Notes: a model not told the origin generated them from the sequence alone. 63,684 nucleotides of DNA, filler included, from Chiloscyllium plagiosum (GCF_004010195.1; 4 parts of one record of this genome joined end to end with filler, not necessarily neighbours in it); one strand, 5' to 3'. Shown: positions 1 to 12,031, numbered from the whole stretch's first letter. Numbers and translations are program-made.

Positions 1-733
1 AGTTCTCCTGCTTTTTCCTTATCTCCCATCACTAGGCTTCCTGCATCAGTTTGAAGTGGCCCAATGTTTACTCTTGCCTGTCGTTTGTTTCTTATGTATT
101 GAAAGAAACTTTTACTATTATTTCTAATATTACTGGCTAGCCTACCTTCATATTTGATCCTCTTCCTTCCTTATTTCTCTCTTTGTTATCCTCTGTTTGT
201 TTTTGTAGCCTTCCCAATCTTCTGATTTCCCAGTGCTCTTGGCCACTTTATAGGATCTCTCTTTTTCTTTGATAGATTTCCTGACTTCCTTTGTCAGCCA
301 TGGCTGTCTAATCCCTCCCCGGATAACCTTTCTCTTCTTGGGGATGAACCTCTGTAGAGTGTCCTCAATTATACCCACAAACTCCTGCCATTTTTGCTCT
401 AATGTCTCCCCTGCTAGACTCTGCTTCCAGTCGATTTTCGTCAGTTCCTCTCTCATGCCCTCATAATTACCATTGTTTAACTGTAACACCATTACATCCG
501 ATTTTGCCTTCTCTCTTTCAAACTGCAGACTGAACTCTACCATATTATGATCGCTGCTTCCTAAGTGTTCCCTTACTTTAAGATTTTTTATAAAGTCTGG
601 TTCATTACATAGCACTAGGTCCAGAATAGCCTGCTCCCTTGTGGGCTCCATGACAAGCTGTTCCAAAAAGCCATCCTGTAAGCATTCCATGAATTCCCTT
701 TCTTTGTATCCACTGGCAACATTATTTACCCAA
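1..733 (-). mobile_element. CR1 (HER1-like) LINE, ORF2 fragment: APE endonuclease C-terminus and linker
   Basis: ORF 148..690(-) reads EPTREQAILDLVL...HLGSSDHNMVEF...WLTKEVRKSIKEK, the CR1 endonuclease C-terminal motifs; runs off the window start. Confidence 0.92.
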
Positions 734-1110
734 TTTCTGATTTGAGTGTGTTTGGGGAAGGATTTCTGCCTTCACACTGTATCTTCCAATTAAAACAATG
801 ACTGGAATCTTCCCAGCTCCTGATGATTTGGGCAATGGTGAATCAGATGGGGAAAAAAATAGGAAGGGTAGCAGGAATTAGTTTCCTGATGTCTGATTCT
901 GTAACCAGATTCTGAATAGTGAGATGAGAATCTCACTCGTGAGCAGTAAGAGGTCTATTTTCATTTGTTTGCATTCTATTAGTACCTAATCTTACCTCAT
1001 TAATGGGCAATTTCCTGTTCTTCCACATGCTGGATCAAAACTAAACAGTGACAATTCAGGAATGGAAGTCAGAGTGAGTAACAGGCAAATCCAGCTCATT
1101 GCCTGCTCCT

Positions 1111-1459
1111 GACAGATGGTGGTTCAGTGGTTAGCATTGCTGCCTCTCAGTGCCAGGGCCAGGGACCCAGGTTCACTTCCACCATCTGGCGACTGTGTGT
1201 GGAGTTTATACAATCTTCATGGGTTTCCTTCAGGTGCTCCAGTTTCCTCCCATAGTCCAAAGATGTGCAGGTTTGGTGGATTGGTCATGCTAAATTGCCC
1301 AGAGTGTTCAGGGATATGTAGACTAGGTGGATTAGCCATGGTAAATGCAGGGTTACACGGACAGGGTAGGGGGTGGGGTCTGGGTGGGGTCCTGTTCAGA
1401 GGACTGGTATGGACTTGATGGGCAAAAGACCTGCTTCCACGCTGCAGGGCTTTTATAAT
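1111..1459 (+). mobile_element. HE1-type tRNA-derived V-SINE
   Basis: A-box-like TGGTTCAGTGG, B-box-like GGTTCACTTCC, central GGAGTTT...CAGTTTCCTCCCATAGTCCAAAGATGTGCAGGTT core, CR1-like tail; homologous to copies at 3.4, 12.5, 35.7 and 57.6 kb. Confidence 0.88.
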
Positions 1460-3419
1460 TTGGGCCTCCAACTTAGATACCTGGAACCGACATCTTTTTC
1501 CATAACAAAATCTCCATCAACAGTGACTGGCCACAACCCCATCCTTCGAGGTTGGAATCAGACACATGCCATCTTCTCCACAATGCACTTTTAGTGGAGA
1601 ACTGCATTATGGGGCAAAAAAGCATTTTTTATTACAAGGTTGCTACCAGGGCACTTTGCGGACAGGGACACGCACCTGGAATCTGCAAGGCTGCAGCTCC
1701 AAGCTTTGAGCTTGCTGTCTTAGCACTCACTCATTTTACACCTAATTGGATGCTCCCAGCTTCTCTGTCTGGCCTTGCTCTTTGTTAGTCTGCCCCCTTA
1801 TTGAGAATTTTCTGACTCACTGTACTCCTGTCTTGCTTGCCATTGAGCACACATGACAAAGTGACTGCTCATCAACCAAATGGCCATGTTTCAGAGTCTA
1901 AGGGGAGTAGTCCAGTCCAGTCAAGGGAGACAATCTTCAGTCAGTGAGTACGAGCACAGTAAGTCAAGGGCAGCATTTGATATCAGTCCATGTTGGTTGG
2001 CCGCTTGGAATGGTCAGAGATTCCATATCACTACAGTCTAGGGAGTAGGCCAAGATCAGTCCTGCTGGTCAACCTCAGTCAGTGAGGGGATTTACAGGAA
2101 GTCAGTTGGGAACTTCAGAGATTAGTCAGAGCCCAGTCTGGGCTGTCTGTCCAAGTTGCTCAGGTGGCTGAACCATAGTCAGTCCTGGAGTTAATCAGGG
2201 CCACTATTATGATGGCGAAGGTGCAGATGTGATTTGTGATGTTTGGAGGTGACATGATAGAATGCAGAGGGGAGAATCTTTGTGAAGGCGGCAACTCAAC
2301 ATATCTTGGCCCGCTCTATGTTAGTGCATTGGAGGACAGAGTGTGCGTGTTTGTGTGTGTGGTGGTATGGTCAGTGATAGTTATGACCATTCTTGCCTAG
2401 ACATGGGGACTGTGCAGTATGATGGTAGGCGTGACTAAGCTGTAGGACTGGGTTCAGGAGGCGATGTTGGGAGAGAACTGAAATGCAAGTCAATGAAAGA
2501 GTTGTGTTGGTATGTGTTGAAGTTCAGTGTTATTGGGGTTGACAGGAAATAGAGGTTCAGGAGTAGGGGTGGCACATGATTACCACATGAGGGTGAGACT
2601 CACAGTGCCAAACATGACCTGCACTACAATCAGTAGTGCATCTCATACAAATCAGAAATGTGGATTGAAAATGGAAAATGGCTGTCACCACACACCTGCA
2701 GCATGTTTTTTTCTCTGTCTGAAACACAAATTCTCCTTGTGAGTAATATGAAGTTGTACAAGGGGTATCTGCATTAATCTGATACTTACTGGTCAAAGGC
2801 TCTGAAATCATAGTACCCTGTATGTGAAATGTTTGCAGTCAGCTACTGTGTGACCAGCTACTGTGTCAGATGATAATCCTAGCTGCGAGCAATCCTGACC
2901 ATGTCAATGGTCGTTACAAATTGAGAATAGTCATCTCTTTGAAGCCAAAGTAATCACAGGCAACCTTAAAAGTCTCACCTGTGTGTTACAATTCACAACG
3001 ACAATCCAAAAGGCTGCACAGGGCATGGAACTGATTTCCTTTCACTGTAAACACTTACCAACACACTTTTGTACACAACACTATCTTTCTTAGGTGACAT
3101 GGGGGATGTGGGGAACAAGATATCAATAATCATGCAATACACGATCTGCACGGCATGGCTTGTGTTGCATAGATCAGAATCAAGTCCCTATGTCAACGCT
3201 CCATGTCCAGGTATTCTATAGCCCTTCTTGTCAGACTCCTCCATATCCCATTGTCTGGCACAGTATGTTGAACTGTCATTTGTGAGTGATGCAAATGCGA
3301 ACTGCTGCCATTACTAAGGACCTGTTCTGTTTCTTATATTCCCAACATGGGTTCATTGCAAGTTAACTAATGGATCCAACCACAGCAGGATTATGATTGC
3401 TGTTACTGCGGTGCAACAG

Positions 3420-3763
3420 AGGTGTACAGCAGCATTGCTGCCTCACAGCACAAGGGCCCTGGATTTGATTCTAGCCTCGGGTGACTGTCTGCGTGGAGTT
3501 TGCACATTCCCTCTGTGTCTGTATGGATTTCCTCCCAGTGCTCCGGTTTCCTCCCACAATCCAAAGGTATGGAAGTCAGGTGAATTGACCAGGCTAAATT
3601 GCCCATAGTGTTCAGGGATGTGTAGGTTAGGTGCCTAAGTCAGGCATGAGTGTAATGTAATAGGGTAGGGGAAATAGGTCTGGGTGGGTTACTCTTCGGA
3701 GAGTTGGTGTGGATCTCTTGTGCCGAAGGTCCTGTTTCCTCACTATCGGGATTCTATTCTATG
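3420..3763 (+). mobile_element. HE1-type V-SINE
   Basis: GCATTGCTGCCTCACAGC...GACTGTCTGCGTGGAGTTTGCACATTC...CCGGTTTCCTCCCACAATCC core; ends GCCGAAGGTCCTGTTTCC...GGGATTCTATTCTATG. Confidence 0.88.
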
Positions 3764-3889
3764 AGGAAAAATTTGGAAGAGAAACACACTATCAAGCCCA
3801 TGCCCATTAACAAGCTCCAGGGAATGCCAAGCCGTCTGCACCAGAAAATCTCACAGCTAAATAGCCCCCCAGTATGGACAGGAGTTAGA

Positions 3890-4320
3890 GGAGGGTACTG
3901 TACACTGTTCACACCTTGGCCTGGGAGATTTCATAATACCAGTTCCATACCATCATTGTGCAAGTAATCTGTGATCATTGATTCCACTTCTTAGATGTTT
4001 CCACCCAGTATCTTGGGAACTCTCATGATGCCCATAACCTTGAGACCATCATGGTCCTACTTAATTTCAAGGGCCGAATGTCTTGAAAGAATGCTGGGAT
4101 GGAAAGGTTACTCTGTCCAACCTTGGCTCATGGCTTTGTTACACAACACCCCTGACTGAGACTGAGCATAGATGCAGCATTGCTCATTCTTCCACCAGGG
4201 CTATCCCAGAGTAGATGATAGGCCACCTGAAAACAAGGTTCCGATGCTTGGATTGGTCTGAGGGGGCCTTACTGTAATTTACGAACAAGGTATCCATGTA
4301 ATCCTATATACTGTTTTTCA
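3890..4320 (+). pseudogene. Degenerate PIF/Harbinger (HARBI1-like) DDE transposase, C-terminal half
   Basis: Hand translation across frameshifts: FHTIIVQVICDH*FHFLDVSTQYLGNSHDAHNL ... MLGWKGYSVQPWLMALL ... TETEHRCSIAHSSTRAIPE*MIGHLKTRFRCLDWSEGALL. This matches Harbinger motifs (SLNVQxVCD, PGSxHD, LGDxGYP, HxxTRxxIExxxGxLKxRFRCL) in the correct order. Confidence 0.82.
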
Positions 4321-5275
4321 TATATCTGGGGCAGGAAAAGAGGGGATGCAGAAGAACTGGGAGAACCAGATCAGTCTTCCCAGGATGAAGATGAAAACAT
4401 TGAGTAGGAGGAGCATCACCTTCTGCATGATAGAGTGCAGCAACATTGGGCACAATACTCCAGACAAGATTGAATTCACACCCGTTTCCAGTAGAGGGAA
4501 GCTGGCTGCAGTGATCACTCTGAATGTAGATTTATTTTAGCTCCAAAGGCAAGCATTCCCTATCCATTCCCAGAAGCAAATGAATCTTGTATTCATATTT
4601 TTAGTTATTGCTGAATAAAAATAAATATTTTCAGCTGTTTGAAGACTTTCAAGTGTGTATGCTCCCACATTGTAACATAATGTCTTCTCATTATTCACTG
4701 AGTGTTAGGGAAAGTGTAGTACTCCCTTTGACATGGTTTTTAGTTGGGATGACACCAAGAATGAGTGACCTGTGTTGCTTGCTTATTGAATCTGTAGTCA
4801 CAATGACATTTCATCAGACAGGTGATGTTAAACAGCAATATGTTTATGAATGTGAGCGTGTATTTACAATGAAGTGCCAGTTGTTTTGTCTCTGTGACTT
4901 TAGGAGAATTTATTTTCCATACCCCTTCCATTATGTGCACTGTGCAAGGCAGATCCTGGCTAGTAGCACCAGACCTGGTGCAATCCTGGGCTTTAAAAGG
5001 TGGTGGTGATGCTGGGAATTTCAGGAGGTCGTGACAGTGCCAAGTACTTCTGCTGGTGAGGGCACGATGACACGAACAGGACCCCATGGCCGCATAGTGC
5101 TGTAGAGAAATGTCTGAGGAAACTCACTGGGGATCTTGGAGAGTAAAGCATACTTTGTTGATTTTTTTTTGGTAAAAATCAGCCAAATTCATTTTTAAGA
5201 TATTTCATGAATGTTCTTCATTTGCAACCAAAACTATGCATGGCAGTACATCTTTACCAGTGCTGCTGTATTCAT

Positions 5276-5378
5276 AAACAAAAACAGAAGTTGCTGAAAA
5301 AGCTCAGCAGGTCTGGCAGCATCTATGAAGAGAAATCAGAGTTAATGTTTCAGCTCCGGTGACCTTTTCTCAGAACTG
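5276..5378 (-). mobile_element. Penelope-like element terminal fragment (same family as 22580-22812) with decayed hammerhead core
   Basis: AAACAAAAACAGAAGTTGCTG..AAAAGCTCAGCAGGTCTGGCAGCATCT is nearly identical to the left arm at 22580; the minus strand reads CTGAGAAAAGGTCACCGGAGCTGAAACATTAAC. Confidence 0.75.
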
Positions 5379-6207
5379 GTGTGTTAGTATGTGATAGAAA
5401 TTGACTGTTATGGTAGTATAATAGGGTACTCTAGTGTTTTTTTGACTTCTGGTAAGCTCTGATGGTTTTTAACTCATGATTTCTGAAATGGTTCAGATTC
5501 TTAAAGTAATAAATAAAAGAAGATGGGGTGGGTCAGCAAGAGTTGGCATGAGGTAAGTGAGATTTCACATCAGGAATGTAGATTTGTAAGAGTCACCCAA
5601 GAAACTTGCTGCTGTAAGCTGCAGAATCTGGTAGTTTGCTGAATAGAAATTGGCCAGTTTACATCATGTCAAGAAAAAGCAAGATGTGATGGCTAATTCA
5701 CTTAGGACTGCTCTGGGACCTCCTGGTGCTATGTTAATAGCTGGGATTGTTAGAGACTGTCTGCTAAGCCCTCTGGTGGTGAAATTGTGTGGGGTACCAA
5801 AAAGGGAATGAGAAGATCTAAATAAAAAGAAATGTCAGAAAGACATTGCATAGAAATATTAGACTTTAGCTTTCAGTAAAGAGAGCTTGTCAGGATTAAA
5901 CTGTATCTTGACGTTTTCTTGCCTTTCTTGTGTCTGAGTTTTTTCTTAACGTGTGACAATGAGAGAGGAAACAAGCAATATTGCGCAATACAGTAGCGCC
6001 TCGACATACGAACGACCCCGTTCACGGACAAATCGCTTTACGAACAGGATTGTACGTAAAGTTTTGCTTCAACGTACGTACGAAATTCAAGGTGCGGACG
6101 AAGGTACGAACGCAAAAAGCCCGTGTGTGACCACGTGGTTTCATTGTTCTGCTTTGCTACGCGCTTGTTGAACGCAAAAGCTCTCGGGCCCCGCGTGATC
6201 TCATTCA

Positions 6208-6508
6208 GTTCAAAAAGGGGAGTAGGGATAGCCCTAGTAACTATAGGCCGGTGAGTCTCACTTCTGTTGTGGGCAAAGTCTTAGAGAGAATTGTAAGGGA
6301 TAGGATTTATGCACATCTGGATAGGAATAATGTGATCAAGGATAGTCAGCATGGTTTTGTGAAGGGCAAGTCGTGCCTCACAAACCTTATTGAATTCTTT
6401 GAAAAGGTGACGAAGGAGGTTGATGAGGGGAAAGCGGTAGATGTGGTATATATGGATTTTAGTAAGGCGTTTGATAAGGTTCCCCATGGTAGGCTACTGC
6501 AGAAAATA
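6208..6508 (+). mobile_element. CR1 LINE reverse-transcriptase fragment (5' part of a chimeric insertion)
   Basis: FKKGSRDSPSNYRPVSLTSVVGKVLE...SQHGFVKGKSCLTNLIEFFE...VYMDFSKAFDKVPH. Confidence 0.95.
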
Positions 6509-6767
6509 ATGGAGTGCCATTTGTTTCACTGGAGTATCAGAGTGTGGACAACCTGCATCTGAACATTATACCACTAATGACTCTTTTACCTCTTTCACTC
6601 AGTATATCCCCAAATTAAGTCAGAGAACCCTGTGCCCTATCACTGGTAATACATTGGTTAAAACAATGGCAGAGGCAGGAGGGCCCATATCAATGACAAA
6701 CCCAAGAGCAGTATCAAACCTCACGTAAGATGAACACCTAGATGAGAGAGTGGCTGCTACCATTGGA

Positions 6768-6947
6768 CAGGTGAAAGTGGGTACTGCAGATGCTGGAGAT
6801 TAGAGTCAAGTCATTTCCTGATGAAGGGCTTTTGCCCGAAACATTGATTTTCCTGCTCGTCAGATGCTGCCTGACCTGCTGTGCTTTTCCAGCACCACTC
6901 TAATCTAAACTCTGGTTTCCAGCATCTGCAGTCCTCACTTTTGCCTA
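6768..6947 (+). mobile_element. Penelope-like terminal element, partly fold-back, with hammerhead core at 6818-6845
   Basis: Ends are inverted (AAAGTGGGTACTGCAGATGCTGG / CCAGCATCTGCAGTCCTCACTTT); internal CTGATGA-A-GGGC-TTTT-GCCC-GAAAC-ATT, with the cleavage site decayed from GTC. Confidence 0.78.
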
Positions 6948-7092
6948 CCCAATAAACCCAGTGTGACGATTTCACATCAACAAACTGACACTCGCAGATA
7001 CAACGTCTGCAGAAACCCTAGCCACATTACTTTACATTAAAGACATCTGTGAAATGATTTCCAGACAACTCAACCCTCTCAGCATTAAACTT
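6947..7092 (+). mobile_element. Degenerate ORF fragment of a second Penelope-like family (region C-terminal to RT)
   Basis: Translates YPINPV*RFHINKLTLADTTSAETLATLLYIKDICEMISRQLNPLSIK, resembling the PLE motif GYP...LPYIKxxSExxxRxLxPxxI. Confidence 0.6.
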
Positions 7093-7318
7093 TGGACTGA
7101 TGTTAGGGGTAGGTTCTTCACTCAGCGAGTCGTTAGTTCATGGAATGCCCTGCCAGTAACAGTGGTGGACTCTCCCTCTTTATGGGCATTTAAGAGGGCA
7201 TTGGATAGGTATATGGAGGATAGTGGGTTAGTGTAGTTTAGGTGGGCTTGGATCGGCGCAACATCGAGGGCCCAAGGGCCTGTACTGCGCTGTATTCTTC
7301 TATGTTCTATGTTCTATA
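7093..7318 (+). mobile_element. CR1 LINE 3' end with (TTCTATG)n tail
   Basis: TDVRGRFFTQRVVSSWNALP...FKRALDRYM; 3' UTR and tail nearly identical to 60260-60488. Confidence 0.93.
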
Positions 7319-10000
7319 AGTTCGTCTTTGGCATGTGCGCTGTGAACAGCGTTCGTTGCTACGTCTAAGCATTCCGAACAATGGGAAAAAGTGATTCAGT
7401 TTGCGAACTTTTCGTTTCGCGAACCGGGTCCCGGAACGGATTAAGTTCGTACTGTATATAGTAGATGAGGTGATGGAATAAATTGATATAGTTTAGATTG
7501 GTGAGAGAATGACTTTGGCATGTGATTTGTTTGATGCATCAGGAAGTAGGGAAATTAAGTCTGGAACAACGTCGCTAGCAGCCCCATTGGATTCTCAAAC
7601 TGGGAAGTATTATAATGTTGGATGAGTTGAAGAAGTAGGTTGGGGAGGAATTTACTTGACATTAGGCAAATGGCAGAAGATGGTCAGAGTGTTGGTTGAT
7701 ATAAAGCGTCCAATTAACTTCAATGCTTGATGTTCTGGTCAATGTTAACTAGAATCTATATTGAAGCTGCACTAACTGCCCACTGTTCATGTTTGATTTT
7801 ATTTGTCAGGATAGAGTCTTTTGCCATTTACAAAGCCTTCAAAAGAGTTTGGCAACCTAATCTTCTCGTAAGATGACATCTTTTGGGATTCTGAGCGATT
7901 AATCTTTGAAACAGTAATTCTAATGTGTTGCTGAAAGAAAAAAAGACATGTCCTGAATTTTTATAAATGAATGATAAGTTTTATGAATTTCAATGCTGTT
8001 GTGATCCTGGGTATGGAGATGATATGCCCTAAAGATTGGTGGGTGTGTCAAACAGCATTTCTCTTTGGGTGTTTGCAACAATCAAATCTGTGCTGGCAAA
8101 ACTTGCAATTACTCCCCCCTCCTGTTGATGGTGTTGCTGCATCTCAGGTTTGGATCTTCCAGCTCCTTAGACTCTTCTGCAAAGAAATTCCTTTGTTCCA
8201 ATCAACTCAACTGCTCTGCTTACCTAAATTTTGTTACTTACCAATAATGGCCCATATCATGTTGGAGCAGCACCCTTTGCAGGAGGACCCATTTGTTTAG
8301 ACTTTCGTCTGCCCCCGACAGCTCCATTTTGTTTTCATGTTGTAACATGCTGAATGTGCAGGTGACAACAGGGCACATTTGTACAATTTCACACAGTTTG
8401 CCAGCTGAATGAATGAGACCCCATTAGCTTCAGTTGTTTCTGAGCCAGAGAGATTTATTGGCGTGACATTAACAATGAGCACATAAGAAGTACCCATACT
8501 GTTAGTAACAGACTTACCTTTTGGTGATGAGATTAATGTTGAAATTGATTGGAAGACTAAAGGTGGGATGCAGTTGATGCAAAGAAAACAATGGGTGGAA
8601 TACAACGCAACCAGCAAATTCTGGAGATTTGCAATACATGACATTTCTCTTATTCCCTAACCTGCTTGTCATTTATACATTAATAATGGTGTGTATCATG
8701 AATTCATATTTGATCAGTTTGTCAGCAATAATATCAAATCAAAGTATTTTAATAAAACAAATTCAGATTCCATGGATTTCAGGTTATGACCGCATGTCCT
8801 AGTTATGTTCTACTCCATAACTTCACTATTTGCTGAATGTATGTGATAGAGTTCATGATGGCACAAGCTACAAAGTTTGTCACTGCTTTCAGCAACATCT
8901 TTTTAGGATCTCCCTACAGAAAGAAGTAGAAATTACCTCCTGGCTTAATGACAAATAACTATACTCATGGTAAGGCCAGTTCAGTGCCACACATTGGCTG
9001 GCTCAATGGCTCTCTGAACTTGAAGGACTGTCTCAAAGATAAATTCAAGCAAAGATTCACTTCCCGACCACCCCCTATGCAATCTCTGCCTTAACTAACA
9101 AAATGGCTGGACCACCATTTGTTCTTTTCTAATGATTGTCGATAACCATCTCATTCTAAAAATAAACACTTTCAGTTATTGCACATGGCAACCATTATGC
9201 TGGTGTGAAAGGAGAATCACAGAGCACGCAACAGTTTCAGGAGCCATAGCACAATGATGAAAATGATATTGGACAATTACGTCAGGCAGAAGAATCCCTG
9301 CACTATGTCAGACAGCACAATGTTGCTGCATCTTTATAAACCTAGTAGTCATGGAATGACAAATATGAGGTTGAGGTGGATGACATTTTGGCTGCATTGC
9401 AGGTGAGGAATAATCCTGCATGCTGACTGTTTGGTCTACATGCAGTACAGGCCATTCTTTCCTTTAGAGCAGGTATTGTTAAACAATCAAACAATCTCAT
9501 ACAGTTCAGTTAACGTATTCCTCATGTGCTGCCATAGGAATCAACATTTAATTTACTACTGCCTCCGATCATCCTTTCTGGACTTTGTGCGTGGAAGTAT
9601 GCAGTGTATGTGTGTGGTTTCATCTGCCTAGGTCCTAAGCTCTGGAACTTCATCCCTAAGCTTGCCTCACTCCCCATCTCTCCATCTTTAGGAGCCAGAT
9701 TACAACCTACACCTTGCAGCAATTTCTGGTTCCCTATTTGAAAAATGATCCAGATTTTGCAGTTATCAGTGCTTTTGCAAGGTTTTTCTCTGGCAGCCTA
9801 TCATGCTGTTGTAAGATTCTGATTGATTGGTCATCTGCAGCTAGTATGAACTGCAGACTGCTCGTTGGGTCTGTTTGGTCGATGTGAGCCATATGACACC
9901 ATATTCAAATATTGGTGGCAAATAATTGGGGGGAAAAAAAAATCTTTTTCAGATACCATGCCAGTTACTGATTATTAATCTTCCACTGGGCATCTTAACC

Positions 10001-10109
10001 AAAACGTTGATTTTTCTGCTCCTCGGCTGCTGCCTGACCTGCTGTGCTTTTCCAGCACCACTCTAATCTTGACTCTAATCTCCCGCATCTGCAGTACCCA
10101 CTTCAGCCT
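10001..10109 (+). mobile_element. Penelope-like element 3' terminal fragment
   Basis: AAAACGTTGATTTTTCTGCTCCTCGG..GCTGCCTGACCTGCTGTGCTTTTCCAGCACCAC...GCATCTGCAGTACCCACTT; same terminus as 6840-6947 and 37745-37851. Confidence 0.8.
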
Positions 10110-11999
10110 ATCTTAGCTACTATTCCCTATTTAAACCCAGTCCCAAGCCCTCCAGTCCTGAATGCATGGGTTTTTGTATCTTCATCATAATACTCTGGGT
10201 CTCTGCTCTTGCCCTGTCATACCCTCCAGGAGTGGGTTTTTTTGTGCTTGTCCACCTTAGGTCATCACACACACAACTTGTTAAGACTCCACTAAATGCA
10301 AAACTGGAAGTTTCCCATTCACCATGCTTTCCCAGACATCCTGCCCAAGCAAATATCAATTTCTCATATATCCAATGATTGATGTAAAGTTGTAAGCTGG
10401 TTGGAACTGAGTGCTGCACCTTCACTAACATTCCCTGATGAGCAATGTAATCCACCTCGTGCCCACCTCCATCCCAATTCTCTATTTGTAGCAATCTTCC
10501 TGAACAAGATCCATTTGTCTGGGACACTTGGTACATCCAGGACTTCACAGATTTTCGAGAACTTCTTGAAATTTCCTGGTTCATCAGAATTATTTATTTC
10601 ATTTAAGTTCAGATTTCATTTCACAATACTTCACAAAGTATTCTTTATTTTCTATCCATTACACCTAAAGTTTTGTTTTTTTGTAGTTAGGCTTTCATCG
10701 GGGTAAAATGAATATCAGAAATGCAGTTTTAAATTATGATATTTATTCAGTCTGTTTTTGTGCTTAACAAGTAACACCCACAAACCTGTCTGTAAATTAT
10801 TCATTGTACTGAAGTTTAGAGCAATTACTGAAAAGCTTATTGAATCATTTTGTCCAACATGAGGAGAAATTTACCAAATATGTCCAGAAATTATTCATGA
10901 AAGCTAACTTGTTTAATGACTGCACAGTTCTTTCATAACAAGCTTTGCTAAGTGACAGTTGAATAGAAAGTTTTTAGTTTTGATGAAAAGCAAAATCAGG
11001 ACCAAGAACCAGGACCCAGGGTTATTTTGTTTCCAGGAGCAGGAAACCTTTCTTGGTAGCATCAGTCAGTCAATGTTGAAATTGCTACTTTTAAACATCA
11101 TTTTAAAATATATTTTTGAATAAATTGGAAACAAATGAAAATATTCATGCAACCTCCCATTTTCATTCTTTTTACAGCTATACATTTTGAATAGCTTGTA
11201 TAGTGAGTATAAAAGAGATGCTTTTTGTTAATGAGCTAGTTCCATTTCAAAGATTAAGTTTCTTTAATTTTCACCCATTGGGGTGTTAACAGTTTCAAAG
11301 AGCTTAACAAGTATCAGTGGAATGATTTGCAACCCCCCGACACATCTTTAACAACATCTTCGAATAGAGTTTACGAGATTTGGAACCTGTGTTAATTATT
11401 TTAAATTTGCATGATCTGTCTTAAGTACAATATTTCCCCTTCCAAAAAAAACCCGCCTGATTTCTCCCACTAACATTGTTTTCTTATCTGAAAACCATAT
11501 TGCATTTTATTTTCACTGGTGAAAGCAATCACAAAATCATGACTTGGCAGTTCTTTACAGTTCGCTTTTCTCAGAAACCTATCACTGGTAACAATGCAGT
11601 TGTCCTCTGTGTACATCTCTTGCTGTTTATATGTTTAAGAATGCTTTCTTTTGCTCTTTATTTCATTGCCCTTTGTTATGCTCACACTCTTTACTTGAAA
11701 TTCTTATCTTGGGTTTCCTCTGTGATTTTTCTTACCCTGCTTTCTTATATTTTTGTGTTTTGTGCACATTATCATTTTTCCTTTGGCTTCTCTGATTTAT
11801 TTTTTTGTTTGTCTTTGATTTTCTCTCCTCTTATATCTTTTTTTGGGGGTAAATTGCATTACCATGCAATACCTGTCTCCTATCTCCCTATGATAACTAT
11901 TTTTTCTCCCTGTTCACTTCAATATATAATTTCCATTTAAGAAAGAGGAGGAATAGTATCAAATGTTATAAGTGTTTGAAATTTGGCATTCTTGCATTT

Positions 12000-12031
12000 G
12001 TCCTGATGAGTGCAACACAAAAAGCTTCATA
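12000..12031 (+). ncRNA. Decayed minimal hammerhead-like motif (distinct family)
   Basis: GTC-CTGATGA-GTG-CAA-CAC-AAAA-AGCTTC: CUGAUGA box, 3-bp stem II, palindromic AAGCTT stem III; G12 reads A and the stem I partner is lost. Confidence 0.4.

Larger units (their letters stand above)
5991..7454. mobile_element. Tigger/pogo-like non-autonomous DNA transposon (MITE), split into 5991-6210 and 7319-7454 by a CR1 insertion
   Basis: TA|CAGTAGCGCCTCGACATACGAAC at the left and GTTCGTACTG|TA at the right (right TIR with a 13-nt internal deletion); TA TSD; both halves are CpG-rich relative to the flanks. Confidence 0.78.

Noticed and set aside
8177..8241. Minus-strand GTAAGT...TTTCTTTGCAG pair resembling a ~65-nt intron
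   Set aside because: Very short for this kind of genome and no convincing joined reading frame.
9200..9345. Possible second Harbinger transposase remnant (ENDIGQL...SLHY...CCIFINL in mixed frames)
   Set aside because: Too few matching residues to support by eye; needs a profile search.
11476..11940. 154-aa hydrophobic ORF resembling a membrane protein
   Set aside because: T-rich low-complexity DNA yields F/L/I/S codons and few stops; non-ATG start; no recognisable domain.
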